Source: Alphaproteobacteria bacterium
GTDB lineage: Bacteria > Pseudomonadota > Alphaproteobacteria > SHVV01
Length of the DNA: 64,000 bases
Assembly: GCA_965261735.1 (NCBI GenBank)
Contig: OZ253470.1
Coordinates: 2,720,001-2,784,000 of the forward strand
Reading direction: 5' to 3'
The number at the start of each line of letters is the position of its first letter. Positions within the stretch are counted from its first letter, which is position 1. Positions 20,497-30,348 of this stretch are shown here, in pieces. The notes beneath the pieces were generated by a model. It was not told the origin of the DNA. It made no database searches and saw only the letters and a program-made list of their open reading frames with translations. The translations under genes were made by a program, and so were the position numbers.

Positions 20497-21539
20497 AGGA
20501 GGGCTTGCGCGTTTTCGACAGCGACATGCACGTGATCGAGGGCGCCGAGGTCTACGCCGCCTGCCCCGATCCGCGCTACCGCGCCGACATGCCCGAATAT
20601 CTCGGCTGGAGCCCCACCAACTTCCCACACTGGAACGTGCGCGGCACCATCATTCCGCCCTGGGCCCAGGCCGACGACGTGGCCGGCCCGCAGGCCTCGC
20701 TCGATGCGCCGCGCGAGGGCGTATACCGCGCGATCCGCGAGCGCGGCTACGATGCCGCCTCGATGTTGGCGGCGATGGACGCGGAGGGCATCGACCGCAC
20801 CGTCGTCTACCGCACCTTCGCCCACATGGTGGTATCGATCGACGACCTGGAGGCGGGCTACGCCATCGCCTGCTGCGCCGCCTTCAACGACTGGCTGGCC
20901 GGCTATTGCGCGACCGATCGGCGGCGCCTCGCGCCAGCCGCCATCGTCTCGCTGCACGATCCCGAGTGCGACGTCTTGTGGCGCGAGGTCGCGCGCCTCG
21001 GGGTCGCCCTCGTCTTTCATGGCACGAGCGGCGCCGCGTCCGCCGACTACGTCGCCAACCGCTTTCGCGGCCACGTCAATTTCCGCACGCTCAACCACGC
21101 CTCCGCCTTCCCGCTCGAACTCATGCTGGCCCTCGCGGCGATGACGGCGGGCGGCGTGCTCGAGCGCTTCCCCGATCTGCGGCTCGGCTTTCTCGAGGGC
21201 AATTGTGGCTGGCTGCCGTGGTGGCTCGGCCGCCTCGACGACCAGTGGCGCAAGTATGGCGGCGGCGAGAAGGTTCGGCTGTCGGCGCTGCCGAGCGAGT
21301 ATTTCCAGCGCCAATGCGTCGTCGGCGCCGATGCGGACGAGGCTTCGCTGGCCGCCGTCATCGATGCGCTAGGCGACGACAATCTCGTGATGTCGATCGA
21401 TTATCCGCACGCCTACGGCCCGTTTCCGCACGGGGTCGATGCCTTCCTCGCGCAGCCCCGTGTGGGCCGCGATTCGAAGCGCAAGATCCTGTGGGACAAC
21501 TGCCTCCGGCTCTACGGCGCGGCCCTGGCCGCGGCGTAG
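20493..21539 (+). CDS. Amidohydrolase_2 family protein, possibly with an internal deletion
   Basis: DSDMH, AFNDWL, VLERFP.LR.GFLE..GW, DYPH, KILWDN. Confidence 0.8.
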   Translation: MKEGLRVFDSDMHVIEGAEVYAACPDPRYRADMPEYLGWSPTNFPHWNVRGTIIPPWAQADDVAGPQASLDAPREGVYRAIRERGYDAASMLAAMDAEGIDRTVVYRTFAHMVVSIDDLEAGYAIACCAAFNDWLAGYCATDRRRLAPAAIVSLHDPECDVLWREVARLGVALVFHGTSGAASADYVANRFRGHVNFRTLNHASAFPLELMLALAAMTAGGVLERFPDLRLGFLEGNCGWLPWWLGRLDDQWRKYGGGEKVRLSALPSEYFQRQCVVGADADEASLAAVIDALGDDNLVMSIDYPHAYGPFPHGVDAFLAQPRVGRDSKRKILWDNCLRLYGAALAAA

Positions 21540-21632
21540 CACCCGAGGGCTGCCGGGGTCCCGGCCGCGCCGCCCGCGGGGGCTCGACAGGCCCGGCGGA
21601 CTTCCTTATAAGGCGGGGCGCCCGACGCCCTC

Positions 21633-21708
<76 letters not shown>

Positions 21709-21835
21709 GCTTTTCAAGGACTTAGCACCAGTTACGTCCGGCGCTAGCCAGCGGCTGCGTAATTTCTGTGTAAACGCGTCAACGAATTCGGTCTTGGCCC
21801 CAGTTCCGGTTCTGCTTCGCGGCCAGGACCGGTCG

Positions 21836-23284
21836 GGTCGTGTCCCAGGACGTGGTGTAGGAGTTGTTGGAGCCTCTGGTAGCTGTGGGTAGGCGGCTTG
21901 CCGTAGCGACCGCCGAGAGTCTGGCGTAGGCAAGCCGGCTATCCACAGCGGAGGCCATCGCGGTTCCGGTTTAGGGTTGGGCTAGTGCAAACCAACCTGA
22001 CCCGAAGGAGAACCACGATGACCCAGGACATGATGACCCTGCGCGCGCTTTTGGAGAAGAGCTCCGATGCCGATCTGCTTTGCGAGATGATCGGCTTCAC
22101 GGCCGAGCGGCTGATGGCACTGGAGGTTGAGGGCCTGACCGGCGCCGGGCACGGCGAGCGCTCGGCGGATCGTATCACCCATCGCAACGGCTACCGCGAC
22201 CGGTCCTGGGAGACGCGGGCCGGCACGGTCGAGCTGAAGATCCCGAAGCTGAGGAAGGGAAGCTACTTCCCGGGCTTCCTGGAGCCGCGGCGGATGGCCG
22301 AGAAGGCGCTGGCTGCGGTGATCCAGGAGGCCTACATCCAGGGGGTGTCGACCCGCTCGGTCGACGATCTGGTTCAGGCGATGGGGATGTCGGGCGCCTC
22401 CAAGAGCCAGGTCTCCAGGCTGTGCGGCGAGATCGACGATAAGGTCAACGGCTTCCTCGATCGACCGCTGGAGGGCGACTGGCCCTATCTGTGGCTCGAC
22501 GCCACCTACGTGAAGGTGCGCCAGACCGGACGCATCGTCTCGGTCGCGGTGACCGTGGCTGTGGCCGTCAACGACCAAGGCCGCCGCGAGGTCCTGGGCG
22601 TGGCGATCGGCGCGTCGGAGGCCGAGACCTTCTGGACCGAGTTCCTGCGCTCGCTGGCCCGGCGCGGGCTGCGCGGCGTGAAGCTGGTGATCTCCGACGA
22701 CCACAAGGGCCTGAAGGCCGCCGCGACCCGGATCCTCGGCGCCACATGGCAGCGCTGCCGCGTGCACTTCGCCCGCAACCTGCTGGCCCATGCCGGCCGC
22801 CAGGGCCGGCGCGTCGTCTCCGCCTTCGTCGCCACCGCCTTCGCCCAGGAGGACGCCGACAGCGCGAAGGCCCAGTGGCGTCAGGTCGCCGACCAGCTCA
22901 GGCCCAAGGTGCCCAAGCTGGCAGTTCTCATGGACGAAGCCGAGCACGACGTCCTCGCCTACATGAGCTTCCCCAGGGAGCACCGCCAGAAATTGCACTC
23001 CACAAACCCGATCGAACGGCTCCATGCCGAGGTCAAGCGCCGCACCAACGTCGTCGGCATCTTTCCCAACGAAGCCGCCATCACACGGCTCGTCGGCGCC
23101 ATCCTTCTCGAGCAGAACGATGAGTGGGCCGTCTCAAGGAGATACATGACGCTGGAATCCATCGCTCCGCTGAGCGATGGTGTCCCCATCACGCTGCCCA
23201 CCGTGGCAGCCTGAACGTCCCGGCCCTACCCGCCGGGAGCCGCGTAGAGCGCAACGCTCTTACACCACGCGCCGGGACACGATC
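21836..23284 (+). mobile_element. IS256-family IS, copy 3 (1449 bp); transposase 21985-23214
   Basis: Near-identical to the other copies; 9-bp TSD GACCGGTCG at 21827-21835 and 23285-23293. Confidence 0.95.
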
Positions 23285-23430
23285 GACCGGTCGTCGCGGA
23301 CTGCTCGCTGTGACTTCCCCTTGTAGCCATTAGCGGACATAGAGAGGCGCGCAAACAAAGGCCCTTCCGATGCGAACCGCTTCCGAGCGCCCTCTTCAAC
23401 GGGCGGGTCTCCCACCCCAAGGCCCAGGCG

Positions 23431-23694
23431 GTGCCGAGGTACACTGAGCGGCTCGACAATTTCTGCCTCAACGACCCGCCGGACGCGGCCGACCTGGGCC
23501 ACATCGCCAACTACCGCGACCGCTTCATGGCCGAGGACATCACCGCCATGGTCAGCCAGCAGAAGGGGCTCAAGGCGCGCGGCTACGTGCAGGGCCGGCT
23601 GATGGTCGACCGCGAGCGTAGTTGGCGCAGCGCGCATGGTACCCATCATTTCCAGCGCCTGGTATGGGAAGCCCTGAACGGGGACAGCTACTAG
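23431..23694 (+). pseudogene. C-terminal fragment of a Rieske oxygenase alpha subunit (CntA/YeaW-like)
   Basis: AEDI..VSQQKGL.ARGY.QGRLMVD.ERS..S.HG.HHF pattern; Rieske domain absent. Confidence 0.65.
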
Positions 23695-23808
23695 CAAGGG
23701 CTGGTGACTTCCGCACCGCGCCCCGGGGCCGAGCCTCGCGGCGAGGGTGCGGACGAGATAAATGCCGAGCCGGCGGTCTGCGGGTGATGCGGTTCTCGTC
23801 GCCCTATC

Positions 23809-25023
23809 TCAACCGGCGGGTATGTTTGAAGTCATGCTTCCCGCGACGACAGCGCCATTCTTGACGACCGCCCGGTGGTTGCGGCGTTGCGCCGCCATCA
23901 TGATGTCGTCGACCGGATTACCGTCAACGATCAGGAGGTCGGCGTACTGGCCATCCGAGATGCGCCCGCGGTCGGTGAAACGATTGAGGTCGGCGGCGTT
24001 GCCGGTGGCCGCCACCAGTGCATCCGCGGGCCGCACACCTGCCTCGACAAGGAATTTGAGCTCGAGCGCGTTGTCGCCGTGATCGGTCAGCTGAGTGCCG
24101 GCGTCGGTGCCCATCGCGAGCTTGCCGCCGGCATCATAGAACATCTTTACCGATTGCCGACCCCGCTCGACGACCCGCTCGGTCTTCTCGACGGCCTCGC
24201 TCGGGAGGCCGTGATCGCGGCCGTGCAGCATGTTGTTGATCACCGACAGCGTGGCGACGAGGTAGGTGCCGCTCTCGAGCATCTCCTCGACGCATTGCTC
24301 GTCCATGAACACGCCATGCTCGACCGAATCGGCGCCGCCGCGGACCGAGTTGAGGATACCGTCCCGGCCCATCGCGTGACAGGCACCGGGCTTATGAAAG
24401 CGGTGCCCCTCGGCGATGGCTGCCGCGACCTCGGCCGCGCTGTAGTGAGCGTCCTCGGGGTTGACGCCCGGCGTACTGAGCCCGCCCGTGGCGATAATCT
24501 TGACAACGTCGCAGCCAGCCTGAATTTGATAGCGTACCGCCTTGACCACGCCATCGACGCCATCGGCGACGGTCGCCATTTGGCGGCCGTGGCCGCCGGT
24601 CATGCAAATCATGTGGCCCGAGGCGCGGATGGTGGGCCCAACGAACCGCCCCTGGTTGCAGGCGTCACGTACGGCGAATTCGAGGAAATCCTTGCCGCCG
24701 CAGTCGCGTATCGCCGTGACGCCGCCGCGCAGCGTCGCCTGTGCGTTATCGAGGGCGCTGAGTACGATCTGTCCCGGCGTGCGGCGGATCATAACGTGGA
24801 AGGGATCGGGCCCGCCTGAGAACACCAGATGCACGTGGCAATCGATGAGGCCGGGAAGGACGGTCATTCCCGTCGTATCGACCCGTTCGCCCGCGAAGCC
24901 CTCGAACTCCTGTGCCGGCGCGACGCGCTCGATGAGCTCGCCCTCGACGAGAACCCCGTGCCGTTCGAGGAGGGTGCCGCTCCCGTCAAACACGAGCCCG
25001 CCCGAATACAGCGTTGCCATCAT
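23809..25023 (-). CDS. Metal-dependent amidohydrolase (Xaa-Pro dipeptidase-like)
   Basis: PGLIDCHVH, GVTAIRD.GG, VKIIATGG, CHA, SVEHG, MGTDAG, ADLLIVDGNP. Confidence 0.88.
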   Translation of the reverse strand: MMATLYSGGLVFDGSGTLLERHGVLVEGELIERVAPAQEFEGFAGERVDTTGMTVLPGLIDCHVHLVFSGGPDPFHVMIRRTPGQIVLSALDNAQATLRGGVTAIRDCGGKDFLEFAVRDACNQGRFVGPTIRASGHMICMTGGHGRQMATVADGVDGVVKAVRYQIQAGCDVVKIIATGGLSTPGVNPEDAHYSAAEVAAAIAEGHRFHKPGACHAMGRDGILNSVRGGADSVEHGVFMDEQCVEEMLESGTYLVATLSVINNMLHGRDHGLPSEAVEKTERVVERGRQSVKMFYDAGGKLAMGTDAGTQLTDHGDNALELKFLVEAGVRPADALVAATGNAADLNRFTDRGRISDGQYADLLIVDGNPVDDIMMAAQRRNHRAVVKNGAVVAGSMTSNIPAG

Positions 25024-25086
25024 GCCCTCCGCCGTTAATGCCGCCTCAAACCGCGTACGCGCTTGCCCGACCTCATAGGAGCCACC

Positions 25087-26388
25087 CTACATCAGGTTAG
25101 GCAGGAACATGACGATCCCGGGCACGAACAGGAGCAGCGCCAGCCTTACGAAGTCGGCGCCTATGAACGGCGCGACGCCCCGGAAAATGGATGTCACCGG
25201 CACATCCGGGAGCATGGCCTTGAGCATGAATACGTTCACGCCGATGGGCGGCGTAATCAAGCCGATTTCGATAACGACCACGACCAGGATGCCGAACCAC
25301 ACGAGATCGAAGCCCAGCGCCTGCGCCACCGGATAGAAGATAGGCAGGGTTAGCAACATCATGGACAGGCTCTCCAAGACGCAGCCGAGCCCGATGTAGA
25401 TGGCCAATATGACGAGAATGACGACAATCGGCGCGACCTCGAGCGTGGCGATCCACTCCGCGATCATCCTCGGCAGGCCCGAAACCTCGAGGAAGTTGGA
25501 GAACAGAATGGCGCCGATCAGGACGATGAACATCATCGATGTGATCTGAGCCGTCTCCATCAGGACTTCGATCACGCCGCGCACGCTCAGTCTGCGCCGC
25601 GCCAGCGCAAACAAAAAGGCGCCGCTGGCCCCGATGCCGGCGGCCTCCGTCGGCGTGAACACGCCGAAGTAAATCCCACCCAATACGATGATGAAAAGAA
25701 CGAGGATCCCCCATACCGCGCGTAGCGCGTGAAGCCGGCCGCGCCAATTCACGCGCTCGCCCCGCGGGCCGATGCTCGGATTGATCCGCGTCATGATGCT
25801 GATCGCGCCGATGTAGAGGGTGATGCTGAGGATTCCAGGAACGATGCCGGCGATGAACAGCTTGCCGATATCGGTTTCCGTCATGATGCCGTAGATGACC
25901 AAAACCACGCTCGGCGGGATCAGGATGCCGAGGGTGCCGCCCGCGGCGATGGCGCCGGTCGCGAGACTGTCGGCGTAGCCGTAGCGCCGCATCGGCGGCA
26001 TGGCGACCTTGCTCATGGTGGCCGCGGCGGCGAGGCTGGAGCCGCACACAGCGGCAAATCCGCCGCACGCGGCAATGGTCGCCATGGCCAGGCCACCTCT
26101 TCGGTGGCCCAGGAAGGCGTAGGCCGCGTCGTAGAGCTCCTGCGACAGCCCCGACTTCGATACAAAGCTGCCCATCAGGATGAACAGGGGGAGGACCGAA
26201 AAGCTATAGGTAATGACGGTGTCGAAGGCGATCTGCGCGACCATTGCAAGGGAGGGTCCGACGCCTACCAGGAACGCGAAGGCGACGGCCCCCACGCTCG
26301 CCATTCCGAAGGCAAGGGGCACGCCAAGGAAGAGCAGAGTAAACAGGGCGGCAAAGCCCGCCAGCGCCAGCGCGAGAGACGCCTCCAT
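25087..26388 (-). CDS. TRAP transporter large permease DctM
   Basis: PLFILMG, GGTLGILIPPS, FTPTEA, GLITPPIG. Confidence 0.93.
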   Translation of the reverse strand: MEASLALALAGFAALFTLLFLGVPLAFGMASVGAVAFAFLVGVGPSLAMVAQIAFDTVITYSFSVLPLFILMGSFVSKSGLSQELYDAAYAFLGHRRGGLAMATIAACGGFAAVCGSSLAAAATMSKVAMPPMRRYGYADSLATGAIAAGGTLGILIPPSVVLVIYGIMTETDIGKLFIAGIVPGILSITLYIGAISIMTRINPSIGPRGERVNWRGRLHALRAVWGILVLFIIVLGGIYFGVFTPTEAAGIGASGAFLFALARRRLSVRGVIEVLMETAQITSMMFIVLIGAILFSNFLEVSGLPRMIAEWIATLEVAPIVVILVILAIYIGLGCVLESLSMMLLTLPIFYPVAQALGFDLVWFGILVVVVIEIGLITPPIGVNVFMLKAMLPDVPVTSIFRGVAPFIGADFVRLALLLFVPGIVMFLPNLM

Positions 26389-26391
26389 CGA

Positions 26392-26931
26392 CTAGGGCCG
26401 GGCGGGTGACTTCGCCAAGCGCTGCCGCAGATAGCGCCAGGCGAGGGCCATTTGGATCACCGCGGTAAGGCCCGATGCGACGCTCATGAAGTAGGCCAGC
26501 GGCGCCATCGGTATGCGTAGAAACGCGCTCATATTGTTGTATTCGGCGAGACCATCGCCCATGACCCACAGCCGCCAGCTCAACACGCCCAGGACACAGG
26601 CGCCGAACAGGTTGACGCCGACCGACTGAATCCACTTGCTCGAGCCGAAGACGATGTTGTCGAGCAGAGAAATCGTGACATGGCTCTCGCGGGCGCTGAC
26701 CAACGGCAGGCCGGCGAAAACCGAGACGCCCAGCACGAGCTGGGTGATTTCATAAGCCGCAGGGACGGGCGTTAGGAAAACGTAGCGGCCGAGGACATGC
26801 GCGAAAGTAAGGCACATCATGAAGAAAATGATGCCCGCCGCGAGCATGCCCAGCGTTCGCTCGAGGAATCGGGTCGGCGCGGACGCGGACGGAAGCGGGG
26901 GTTGTTGTTCGACGCCTCTTGTTTCGGTCAT
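26392..26931 (-). CDS. TRAP transporter small permease DctQ
   Basis: Four TM segments; V.GRY, E, HV.I motifs; lies between DctP and DctM. Confidence 0.85.
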   Translation of the reverse strand: MTETRGVEQQPPLPSASAPTRFLERTLGMLAAGIIFFMMCLTFAHVLGRYVFLTPVPAAYEITQLVLGVSVFAGLPLVSARESHVTISLLDNIVFGSSKWIQSVGVNLFGACVLGVLSWRLWVMGDGLAEYNNMSAFLRIPMAPLAYFMSVASGLTAVIQMALAWRYLRQRLAKSPARP

Positions 26932-27034
26932 GGCCCGCGCGACGCCCGTGCCGCGGCGTCGGATCGCCGGCGACGCCGGCCTGCGGCGGGGCGCCGGTCC
27001 GCAACGAACCGACCACCCGCGTAGGCCCAGCCCG

Positions 27035-28078
27035 TCATTTCTTGGAGCTGATGTACTTGTCCTGCTCCTCGAGGAGCATCTTCATGGCCGCCTTACCGTC
27101 AAGGCCGCTCTTGGTGGCCCGGGCGTACCAATCCTGCTCCAGAAACTCGAGCTTGTCGCGTAGGGCCGTCACCTCGGCATCTCCAAGTACGTGGACCTTC
27201 GCACCGGCTTTGACCATTTCCGCTCGCGCGATCGCCGCTTCCTCGTCCCAGTTGCCGCTGAACATGGCCGCCATCGCCTCGCCCGTGCAACAGGCGGTAA
27301 TGGCGCGCTGATCCTTTGTCGATATCTTGTTCCACGCTGCCGGGTTCATAACGACGTACAGGCTCGCCGAGTAGAATCCGCCGGGAACCTCGGTCAAGGC
27401 ATGAATGAACTTCTCCAGCTTGAGCGAGGACCACGCATCGGTGTTGAAGAAGGCCCCGTCCACGACTCCCTTCGAGAGCAATTCGTAGACGACGCGGGCT
27501 GATTCGGCGACGGGGACCGCGCCCAGCGCCTTGCTCATGTCCGAGATCGCCGGTGTCGCGACGCGCAGCGTAAGCCCTTGGAAGTCGTCGATCTTCCGGA
27601 TCGGCTCATCTTTCGTGAAGAGTATGCCTGGGCTCTGCAACCAGAATCCCAGCACCTTCACGCCGCGATGCTCATGCTGCATCTCCGGAGACTGTTGATA
27701 CACGCGCCATAGGGCGACCGTCATGGCTTCGGCGCTTTTGGTGATGAACGGCAGCTCGGCGATGCGGGTCAGATCGAACTGGCCGGCCGAGTAACCATGG
27801 GCCGCCCAGGTGATGTCGGCGACGCCATCACGGGCAATCTCGAACTGCCGGCCGGGGGCACCGAGCGACGACTTGGTGAGCTCGACCTTTACCCGGCCTT
27901 CGGTGACCTCTTCGATCTTCGTCGCCCACGGCACGAAGTTTCTCACGGTGAACCAGTGCGTGGGCGGCATCCAATTGTTGAACCGGAGCGTCACGTCTTG
28001 CGCGTGCGAGTGCGTCGCTGCGCCGAGGAGTCCCGCGGCGACCAACGATATTTGCAGTATCCGAGAAGTAATCTTCAT
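27035..28078 (-). CDS. TRAP transporter substrate-binding protein DctP
   Basis: Signal peptide, TEGRV, DGVADI, ELPF, GLTLRV, YELLSKGVVDG, MN..W. Confidence 0.9.
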   Translation of the reverse strand: MKITSRILQISLVAAGLLGAATHSHAQDVTLRFNNWMPPTHWFTVRNFVPWATKIEEVTEGRVKVELTKSSLGAPGRQFEIARDGVADITWAAHGYSAGQFDLTRIAELPFITKSAEAMTVALWRVYQQSPEMQHEHRGVKVLGFWLQSPGILFTKDEPIRKIDDFQGLTLRVATPAISDMSKALGAVPVAESARVVYELLSKGVVDGAFFNTDAWSSLKLEKFIHALTEVPGGFYSASLYVVMNPAAWNKISTKDQRAITACCTGEAMAAMFSGNWDEEAAIARAEMVKAGAKVHVLGDAEVTALRDKLEFLEQDWYARATKSGLDGKAAMKMLLEEQDKYISSKK

Positions 28079-28169
28079 TTGGTTCTCCGTCCCTTGCGGT
28101 TCCGAGGGGTTTAGGTCTCCGCAACTAAGAGTTGGTAGTAGATCGAGAACTGCACTGCGAAAGACATAC

Positions 28170-28874
28170 TCAATTCTTCCGGGGTTGGTTAAAGGCGCCT
28201 TGCTCGTAATGCAGGTAGATGCAATCCGTGAAAAACCATTTCATCCGTGCGCATTCGGCAACGTAGTGGACCGCCATGTCCTTGAGCTCGCGGGTTGTAC
28301 AATGGCGCTCCAATGAATCCATGGCCGAGCCGCCGTGTTTGACGTCGACCTCGCCGTGGAGCCAGAAGTGCTCGATATCGTGCTCGTCGAATTTGTACTT
28401 CTCGCGCAAGGCTGGCAGGATACTCGACATCGTCCCGGCGCCTTGAAACTCGCTGCCGACGTGAGTGGCGGCAACGCCCGCCTGCCACGGCTGTTCCCGG
28501 CACACGCTGAGCTGCCAGTTGCACCACAGATTTGTCGAGGCCAATCCGCGCCCTGCTTTGGTCTCGTTGGAATCGTAGCCGCAGGCGTCAATAAAGCGAA
28601 GGAACAGTGCGGGATGAGGGTTCTTCGGGTCGAACTCCTCGGCGAGATTCTCCAGTTCCAGGTCGACCACGTCCTGCGGCGCCTTTGAGGCAATTTGGAG
28701 AAACGCCGCCGGGAGCAGGTTGGTGATCCAATGGTAGGTTTCGGCCAGGGTGCCCATCATGCAGGCCTTGCTCAGCTCACCCTGACTCCACTTCACGTAG
28801 AGCGGGTGGTTGATCGTATGGTGGCCGGAGACGGCTTCCTCCAGTTCAAGCCTGAAAGCTGATTTGAGCTCCAT
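28170..28874 (-). CDS. Heme-oxygenase-like diiron protein (CADD/PqqC/TenA fold)
   Basis: N-terminal HP, ENLAEE.....PH (E-x6-H), GSE, HGEVDVKH (H-x3-D-x2-H) ligand pattern. Confidence 0.8.
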   Translation of the reverse strand: MELKSAFRLELEEAVSGHHTINHPLYVKWSQGELSKACMMGTLAETYHWITNLLPAAFLQIASKAPQDVVDLELENLAEEFDPKNPHPALFLRFIDACGYDSNETKAGRGLASTNLWCNWQLSVCREQPWQAGVAATHVGSEFQGAGTMSSILPALREKYKFDEHDIEHFWLHGEVDVKHGGSAMDSLERHCTTRELKDMAVHYVAECARMKWFFTDCIYLHYEQGAFNQPRKN

Positions 28875-29170
28875 TTTGCTCCCCTTTTTGGGCGCTCGGT
28901 GGCTGGCACGCCGTCGCGCCACGCCGGTGCGCGCCTACAAGATTCCGCAAATTCGCCAACGAGCGTTGCGGGCCGCTTCAAGCAGAATGAGCGTCGAGCG
29001 GCCTGCCGACTGCTAGCCGGCTCGTGGCTGTGGAGGGGTCCGGCCGTCGCCAGGCGTGGCGCCGGCGTGGCCACCAGAGTCGCCGCGCTCGCGACAAGGA
29101 CACCGCTAATGATGTGGCGAACGAGGCTGCGACGCGCGAGGGGCATGGGTGAATACGTGACTCCGCGTAG

Positions 29171-29206
29171 GACGCGGCGGACGCGGCGGATGCGGCGGAT
29201 GCGGAG
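29171..29206. repeat. Four tandem 9-bp units GA(C/T)GCGG(C/A)G
   Basis: GACGCGGCG GACGCGGCG GATGCGGCG GATGCGGAG. Confidence 0.8.
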
Positions 29207-29265
29207 TATAGCGCGTAAAGACGGATTCGCACCACGCGGCCCGCCGTGGACCGTGGAAGCGCGGT

Positions 29266-29619
29266 TTAGAACAGCCGGCCGCCGTTGGGTACCGACGGCG
29301 ATACCGTGACCAGGCTCACCGCGCCGCGCGCATCGGGAAAACCGAGCACCAACACCTCCGACATGAGCTTGCCGATCTGGCGCGGCGGGAAATTGACGAC
29401 ACAGGCGACCTGCCGCCCCTTCAGCTCATCGGCCTGGTACAGCGCGGCGACCTGAGCCGACGACTTCTTGATACCGATATCGGGACCAAAATCGATGCTC
29501 AGGCGGTAGGCCGGGTTGCGCGCCTCCGCGTGCGGCTCGGCGTTGAGGATCGTGCCGGCGCGAATGTCGACCCTGAGGAACGCCTCGAACGCGATCGGCG
29601 GTGCGACCTCGCTTGCCAC
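29266..29619 (-). CDS. csaA: tRNA-binding/secretion chaperone CsaA
   Basis: F..VDIR.GTI, IDFGPDIG.KKSSAQ, VVNFPPRQIG..SEVLVLG, VPNGGRLF; start approximate. Confidence 0.88.
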   Translation of the reverse strand: MASEVAPPIAFEAFLRVDIRAGTILNAEPHAEARNPAYRLSIDFGPDIGIKKSSAQVAALYQADELKGRQVACVVNFPPRQIGKLMSEVLVLGFPDARGAVSLVTVSPSVPNGGRLF

Positions 29620-29626
29620 GGCGGCC

Positions 29627-30268
29627 TTAAGTGGCGGGATGCGCCTGTCGCCCGCGGCCGCACCACGAGCTGGCCATGCGGACCAGCGTCTCGGCACCGC
29701 GCAGCTGGCGGTCCAGCGTCGCCATGGTCCGGCCCTTGTCATCGCTGTCGTCGCGCAGCCACACCCGCAGCGTGTTCGCGTAGATCACCGCCAGCCCCTT
29801 TGTGGCGATAACACCCGATAGGCCGGACGGGCTGAGGCCCGCGCACTCCAGCATCCATCTCAATGACCGCCGAAACGGCCCGCAACTATCGCACAGCACG
29901 ACCGGGTCCGAGCGCGCATCGCGCAGGATCGACGCGACCGCAGCCTTGTGGGTGTCGAGCGCATCGAGTCGGCGCATGATGAGGTCGAACAATCGGTCGC
30001 GGGCGGAGGCCTCTTCGGGCTCGCCCTCACCCGGCGTGGACGCGCCAGCCACCATGCTCGCGTCGACGCGAGCAAAAAAGGCGGCGAGCAGCGCGCGCCG
30101 CGAGGGATAGTGGCTGTAAAGCTCGGCGAGCGAGACCTTGGCGGCGGCCGCGATCCGGGCCAGCGTCAGCCGCCTCCAGCCCTCGGTGGCGGCAAGCTCG
30201 AGCGCGGTATCGAGGATGCGCTCGGCATCGCCCTTTCGCGGCCGTGCGGCCCGTGCCTGTCTTGCCAT
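29627..30268 (-). CDS. TetR/AcrR family transcriptional regulator
   Basis: N-terminal HTH (ALELAA..GW..LTLA.IA..A.VS), RDRLFD..MRR.D, TMA.LD. Confidence 0.85.
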   Translation of the reverse strand: MARQARAARPRKGDAERILDTALELAATEGWRRLTLARIAAAAKVSLAELYSHYPSRRALLAAFFARVDASMVAGASTPGEGEPEEASARDRLFDLIMRRLDALDTHKAAVASILRDARSDPVVLCDSCGPFRRSLRWMLECAGLSPSGLSGVIATKGLAVIYANTLRVWLRDDSDDKGRTMATLDRQLRGAETLVRMASSWCGRGRQAHPAT

Positions 30269-30348
30269 CGCCGGCCTCCCGTGGCACCGGTCCCATCATA
30301 GGCCCGCGCTGGAGGGCGGCGCAACTGGTGGCCGGCAGCCACCGGCGC

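Noticed and set aside
28903-28920. TGGCAC as a sigma54 promoter for the diiron-enzyme operon
   Set aside because: Wrong strand for the operon and a poor -12 element.
29171-29206. Short repeats as a possible CRISPR array
   Set aside because: 9-bp units with no spacers and no cas genes; no repeat-spacer array seen anywhere in the window.
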